Source of the DNA: Chiloscyllium plagiosum
Taxonomy: Eukaryota
Length of the DNA stretch: 43,169 nt
Assembly: GCF_004010195.1 (NCBI RefSeq)
Contig: NC_057718.1
Coordinates: forward strand, 12,014,385 to 12,057,553
Reading direction: 5' to 3'
Position 1 is the first letter of the stretch. Each line of letters opens with the position of its first letter. Shown one piece after another: positions 37,933 to 43,169 of this stretch. Both the position numbers and the translations under genes were made by a program. The notes beneath the pieces are model-generated. The model saw only the letters and a program-made list of their open reading frames with translations. It did no database searches and was not told where the DNA came from.

Positions 37933-37968
37933 ATTCCTGAAGAAGGGCTTATGCCCGAAACGTCAATT
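37933..37968 (+). ncRNA. Minimal hammerhead ribozyme motif (PLE family A), stem I weakened
   Basis: ATTC-CTGAAGA-A-GGGC(TTAT)GCCC-GAAA-CGTC-AATT; first stem I pair is a C-A mismatch. Confidence 0.6.
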
Positions 37969-38899
37969 CTCCTGTACCTTGGATGCTGCCAGACCTGCTG
38001 CGCTTTTCCAGCAACACATTTTCAGCTCTGATCTTCAGCATCTGCAGCCCTCACTTTCTCCTCCATAAAAATAGAAAATACTGGAACTACTCAGGAGGTC
38101 AGTAATACTGAAGAGAGTAAGAACAGAGTTGACGTTTCATGTCAATGGTATTTTTTCAGCAAAAGTTTCAGTTTAAGTAGTACTTAACTAAACTGCATGT
38201 TGATAAAAGGTTATCAACATTTAACTCTGTAACTCTCCACAAATGCCAGCTAATTTGCTGAGTGGTCCAGTACGTTCTTTTGTTCTCTCTCCCAGATGGC
38301 AGCACAGGAGGACTCCTGAGCCAGAGCTTGTCCGCTCTATCCATTTATTTTATTTTCTTCTTTTTCTTTTCGTTTTTCTTTTTTACCTCCTTTTCTCCGG
38401 CTGCGTCGGCGATGTCCAGGGTGAAAGTGACTGCAGCCTCAGTATGCACTTGAACTCCCAGGCTCAGCGTGGACTCAGACACCTGACCTCAGCATGGACT
38501 CGAACACTCAGCACTTCCAGCCTTGAGGTGAAGTCTGGCACTGTCTGGGTTAGAAGAGCTGTTATTCTGAACTCTTATTTCTCCATTTTTCTAATTTATT
38601 GCTGGACATTTTTATTTTATTAGTTTTCAATGTTCTTTTCCTTCAGAATTTGTACTTAAGAATCTGTACCAAGCTATAATGGTACCTAATATAGTGCCCT
38701 ACGTGGTGATTTGTAAACATTTCACTGTACTCATTTGAGTACATGTGAAAATAAAACCAATTCTAATTTAAAATAGCTGTATTTTTAAAAAAGTTAATTC
38801 ATTGTATGTGATACTAGTGAGGTCAAAAATTATTGGCCAACCCTAAATAGTCCTGCAAAAGGTGGTGGTGACCTTCCTTCTCATTGAATGCTGGAATAG

Positions 38900-38990
38900 G
38901 CTGAAGGGCTTTTGCCCGAAACGTTGATTTTGCCTGTCCTCGGATGCTGCCTGAATTGCTGTGCTCTTCCAGCACCACTGATCCAGAATT
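38900..38990 (+). mobile_element. Short PLE family A-like terminal fragment (hammerhead 5' core truncated)
   Basis: tgaagggcttttgcccgaaacgttgattttgcctgtcctcggatgctgcctga matches 4303-4375. Confidence 0.65.
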
Positions 38991-39039
38991 GTGGGCTGAT
39001 TGGCCTACTCTGTTCCTAGGTTCTTGTATAACTGTGGAT

Positions 39040-39320
39040 TGTGTAGTGTAGGCACTCTCACTGTGCTACTGGAGAGGGAGTTCTGTGATTTTGATACAGT
39101 GACACTGAAAGCATGGCAACACAGTTCCAAGTCCTCCAGAGTGCCAAGCATTACAGATGCCAGTCTTTGGGCAATTTGATTCACTCCATGGGATATTGAC
39201 AAATGTCTGGAGGCACTAGATACTGCAAAGGCCATAGGCCCTGACAACAATCTGGCAGTAATACTGAAGATATGTGTTCCAGAACTTACCACACCCTTTG
39301 GCAAGCTGTTCCAGTACAAC
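39040..39320. mobile_element. Rearranged pieces of the old CR1-group LINE
   Basis: 39150-39320 on the plus strand encodes LEALDTAKAIGPDNNLAVILKICVPELTTPFGKLFQY, homologous to 7540-7788; 39040-39130 matches the tail at 6460-6540. Confidence 0.7.
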
Positions 39321-39754
39321 CGGTGTTGGAGGAGTCTTGCTGAATTACTTGTAGCTTTTGTTTCAATGATCTGCCATCCTGGTTGTCAGGGAGACATTTA
39401 TAGGGTAAGGTTTGGATCAAGGCATTGCCTCACTGCTTCAGATGCTAACATCCTCCTACTTGCAGAGATCAGCATTACAATACAAGGTGTTATGCTGAAA
39501 TTTCTCGGATCCCTGATCACAGGCCTGGAGGCAGGTTGGGTTGAGGGCTTTGGAAAAAGGGAAGGAAGTAGATCAGGTATCAGCTCTTACATATTCCTGC
39601 CCTCCACCAGATAGCCTCCCTGATTGGACTAAGAAGCAGATCATCTGCCCACATCACAGACACAGGCAGCCAATTAACATTGTAAGATCCTGATTAGGAG
39701 CATCTCTTTGAAATAGACCAATCAGAGCTTCCAGCTCAACAGAAGCACAGTCAC

Positions 39755-40270
39755 CCAAGGGCAGGTCTGAAGACCTCCTCGTGGGTCTGCTCCTGGGCCT
39801 GGCCAAACTGGCCATCAACAGGTCGAGGCAGCGGGCCGTGGAGGGGGTCGTTAGGGCCGACTGCCTGCCCCTCTTCTGCGGTTACGTTAGAGCCCGGGTG
39901 ATTTGGAGAAGGAGCACGCGGTGTCCACCAACACCCTGGAGTTGTTCAGGGAGAGGTGGGCGCCGCAGGGAGTGGAGTGCATCATTTCTCCCTCCAACTC
40001 TATTTTGATTTAGTCCCTACCCTCCCCTTCACTGTTTTAATCACATAGTGCCCTTCACATCAATGGGCAATGCTGCTTGTCACTGGCCACTCAGGTGTTT
40101 TCCTATCTTCCTGGTGGTGGAATTTAAATAAAGATTCGTGCGCTTTGTGTCTTTCACTGTCTCACACCTGCACACACACACACCATGGGTGCTGGGGAAA
40201 AAATAAGCACTACCGCAATTAGGCGGTAGTGAGGGGGTTAAAAAAGAAGAGAAAAAAAAGAAAAAAAAAG
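39755..40270 (+). mobile_element. Tx1-like non-LTR retrotransposon 3' end, unit 1
   Basis: LLLGLAKLAINRSRQRAVEGVVRADCLPLF..YVRARV resembles a Tx1-clade ORF2 C-terminus (one frameshift); 3' UTR with AATAAA, hairpin and A-rich tail. Confidence 0.78.
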
Positions 40271-40724
40271 CAGTCACCCATAAACAGGTCCAGGCAGCGG
40301 GCCGTGAAGGGGGTCATTAGGGCCGACTGCCTGCCCCTCTTCCGCGGTTACGTTAGGGCCCGGGTGTCCTTGGAGAAGGAGCACGCGGTGTCCACCAACA
40401 CCCTGGAGTTGTTCAGGGAGAGGTGGGCGCCGCAGGGAATGGAGTGCATTATTTCCCCCTCCAACTCTATTTTGATTTAGTCCCTACCCTCCCCTTCACT
40501 GTTTGATCACACAGCATGGCCCTTTGATGTGAAGGGCACTGCTTGTCACTGGCCACTCGGGTGTTTTCCTATCTTCCTGGTGGTGGAAATTGAATAAAGA
40601 TTTGTACACTTTGTGTCTCTCACTGTATCTCACACCTGCACACACACACTATGGGTGCTGGGGAAAAATAAGCACTACCGCAGTTAGGCAGTAGTGTGGG
40701 CGTTAAAAAGGAAAAAAAAACAAA
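40271..40724 (+). mobile_element. Tx1-like 3' end, unit 2
   Basis: INRSRQRAVKGVIRADCLPLFRGYVRARVSLEKEHAVSTNTLELFRERWAPQG...SILI*, same UTR, A-rich tail. Confidence 0.78.
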
Positions 40725-40809
40725 TAGGACTGTCAGACATCCTGTTCACTCTGCGAGCTGGTTCTGGGGGAGCTGGATAAGCATCAAGGACTCAAAAACA
40801 AAAAAAGAA

Positions 40810-41262
40810 CAGTCACCCATAAACAGGTCCAGGCAGCGGGCCGTGGAGGGGGTCGTTAGGGCCGACTGCCTGCCCCTCTTCCATGGTTACATTAGCGCCC
40901 GGGTGTCCTTGGAGAAGGAGCATGCGGTCTCCACCAACACCCTGGAGTTGTTCAGGGAGAGGTGGGCACTGCAGGGTGTGGAGTGCATTACTTCCCCCTC
41001 CAACTCTATTTTGATTTAATCCCTACCCTCCCCTTCACTACTTGATCACACAGCTTTGCCATTTGATGTGAAGGACAGTGCTTGTCACTGGCCACTCGGG
41101 TGTTTCCTTTCTTCTTGGTGGTGGAAATTGAATAAAGATTGGTGCACCTTGTGTCTTTCACTGTGTCTCACACCTGCACACACACAACATGGGTGCTGGG
41201 GAAAAAATAAGCACTACCGCAGTTAGACCGCAGTGTGGGAAAAAGAAAAAAAAAGAAAAAAG
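40810..41262 (+). mobile_element. Tx1-like 3' end, unit 3
   Basis: Same start (CAGTCACCCATAAACAGG), ORF end and UTR as unit 2 with scattered substitutions; A-rich tail. Confidence 0.78.
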
Positions 41263-41264
41263 AG

Positions 41265-41480
41265 AACTCTATTTTGATTTAATACCTGCACTCCCCTTCA
41301 CCTTTTTGATCACACAGCATTGCCCTTTGAGAAGGACACTGCTTGTCACAGGCCACTCGGGTGTTTCCTTTCTTCCTGGTGGGAGACATTGAATAAAGAT
41401 TTGTGCACCTTGTGTCTTTCAATGTGTCTCACAGCTGCACACACTACCAATTTTAGGTGGTAGTGTGGGGAAAATAAAAA
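41265..41480 (+). mobile_element. Tx1-like 3' UTR only, unit 4 (variant)
   Basis: Begins aactctattttgatttaa; shorter UTR; terminal hairpin CACACTACCA/TGGTAGTGTG; A-rich tail. Confidence 0.72.
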
Positions 41481-41663
41481 CATAGAAGCAGGAGATTAAG
41501 TCTCCTCAGTTTTGGGGACTGACTCTGTTAAAAAATAAGAAGCACACTCACTGCAGTCTAAGTTGGGGAAAGGGGATGTAATTTGAGACACAGGCAAGCT
41601 TCATCCCTCCATCATGGGTGGGGATGGTTATTGATGATTTCACAATGTTCAGCACTATTCATG

Positions 41664-43169
41664 ATTCACCACCAGAATCACCGCCTCCACGATCACCGCC
41701 AGGACCACCGCCTCCACAATCACCGCCAGAATCACCGCCTCCACGATCACCGCCAGGACCACCGCCTCCACGATCACTGCCATAATCACCACCTCCACGA
41801 TCACTACCAGAATCACTGCCTCCACGATCACCACCAGAATCACCGCCTCCACGATCACCGCCAGAACCACCACTTCCGCCATCACCACCAGAACTATCGC
41901 CTCCACAATCACCGCCAGGACCACCGCCTCCACAATCGCCACCAGAACTACCGCCTCCACAATCGCCACGAGAACCATTGCTCCACAATCGCCACCAGAA
42001 CCACTGCCTCCGCGATCGCCACCAGAATCACCACCTCCACGATCACTGCAGGAATCACTGCCTCCACGATCACCACCAGATTAACCGCCTCCACGATCAC
42101 CACCAGAATCAACGCCTCTGCGATCACCACAAGAATCAACGCCTCCGCGATCACCACCAGAATCACCGCCTCCACGATCACCACCAGGATCACCACCTCC
42201 GTGATCACCGCCAGAACCACCACATCCGCAATCACCACCAGAACTACCGCCTCCACAATCACCGCCAGGACCACCACCTCCACGATCGCCACCAGAACTA
42301 TCGCCTCCACAATCGCCACAAGAACCATTGCTCCACAATCGCCACCAGAACCACTACCTCCGCGATCGCCACCAGAACCACCGCTCCGCGATCGCCACCA
42401 GGACCACCGCCTCCACGATCACCGCCAGGACCACCGCCTCCACCCACCTCCACAATCGCCACCAGAACCACCGCCTCTATGATCACCGCCAGAACCACTG
42501 CCTCTACGATCACTGCCAGAACCACCACCTCCACAATCGCCACCAGAACCACCGCCTCTATGATCACCGCCAGAACCACTGCCTCTACGATCACTGCCAG
42601 AACCACCACCTCCACAATCGCCACCAGAACCACCGCCTCTATGATCACCGCCAGAACCACTGCCTCTACGATCACTGCCAGAACCACCACCTCCACAATC
42701 GCCACCAGAACCACCGCCTCTATGATCACCGCCAGAACCACTGCCTCTACGATCACTGCCAGAACCACCACCTCCACAATCGCCACCAGAACCACCGCCT
42801 CTATGATCACCGCCAGAACCACTGCCTCTACGATCACTGCCAGAACCACCACCTCCACAATCGCCACCAGAACCACCGCCTCTATGATCACCGCCAGAAC
42901 CACTGCCTCTACGATCACTGCCAGAACCACCACCTCCACAATCGCCACCAGAACCACCGCCTCTACGATCACCGCCAGGACCACTGCCTCCACAATCACC
43001 AGCAGAACCACCGCCTCCACAATCGCCACGAGAACCATTGCTCCACAATCGCCACCAGAACCACTGCCTCCGCGATCACCACCAGAACCACCGCCTCACA
43101 ATCGCCGCCAGAACCACCGCCTCCACGATCACCGCCAGGAGCACCGCCTCCACAATCGCCATCAGGACC
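41664..43169. repeat. 27-bp C-rich minisatellite with an 81-bp higher-order block; extends past the window end
   Basis: Consensus about CGCCAGAACCACCGCCTCCACGATCAC; 9-aa periodicity in the translated frames; about six near-identical 81-bp trimers at about 42445-42960. Confidence 0.95.

Larger units (their letters stand above)
36826..38062. mobile_element. Penelope-like insertion (family A) with inverted terminal repeats around an assembly gap, 16-bp TSD
   Basis: 36826-37022 is an imperfect reverse complement of about 37777-37972; CCATAAAAATAGAAAA at 36810-36825 and 38063-38078. Confidence 0.82.

Noticed and set aside
40271..41262. LTR pair
   Set aside because: The direct repeats contain an ORF C-terminus and end in A-tails, with no TG...CA termini; they are non-LTR 3' ends.
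41583..43048. His-rich, mucin-like, RGG-like (TAF15/FUS-like) or hydrophobic repeat proteins
   Set aside because: Open frames follow from a stop-free 27-bp unit; recurring 26-bp units shift frame and no unique domain flanks them in the window.
41664..43169. CRISPR array
   Set aside because: Contiguous tandem units with no unique spacers, no cas genes, and vertebrate context.

Overview
Repeat-dense, apparently non-genic vertebrate DNA, most likely from a cartilaginous fish. This is inferred from several HE1/V-SINE-type tRNA-derived SINEs with (TCTAA)n tails, many CR1/HER1-type LINE fragments and a DeuSINE-like copy. I found no convincing host protein-coding exon; the recognisable ORFs are broken retroelement pieces (CR1 RT, RTE, Rex1/Babar, Tx1, Penelope GIY-YIG) or low-complexity artefacts. 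The main points of interest are: (1) two families of Penelope-like elements (PLEs) whose terminal repeats carry minimal hammerhead ribozyme cores, with three insertions showing inverted ends and 11-16 bp target-site duplications (TSDs); (2) a pile-up of at least four Tx1-type 3' ends plus two other poly(A)-tailed fragments at one site bracketed by AGAAGCACA(G/C)TCAC, suggesting sequence-specific integration; (3) a 611-bp solo LTR; (4) templated-insertion and micro-inversion scars; (5) a 27-bp minisatellite with higher-order structure running off the right end. There are two assembly gaps (about 15689-15886 and 37023-37755). Family names come from recognition by eye, not database searches, and boundaries of old elements are approximate.
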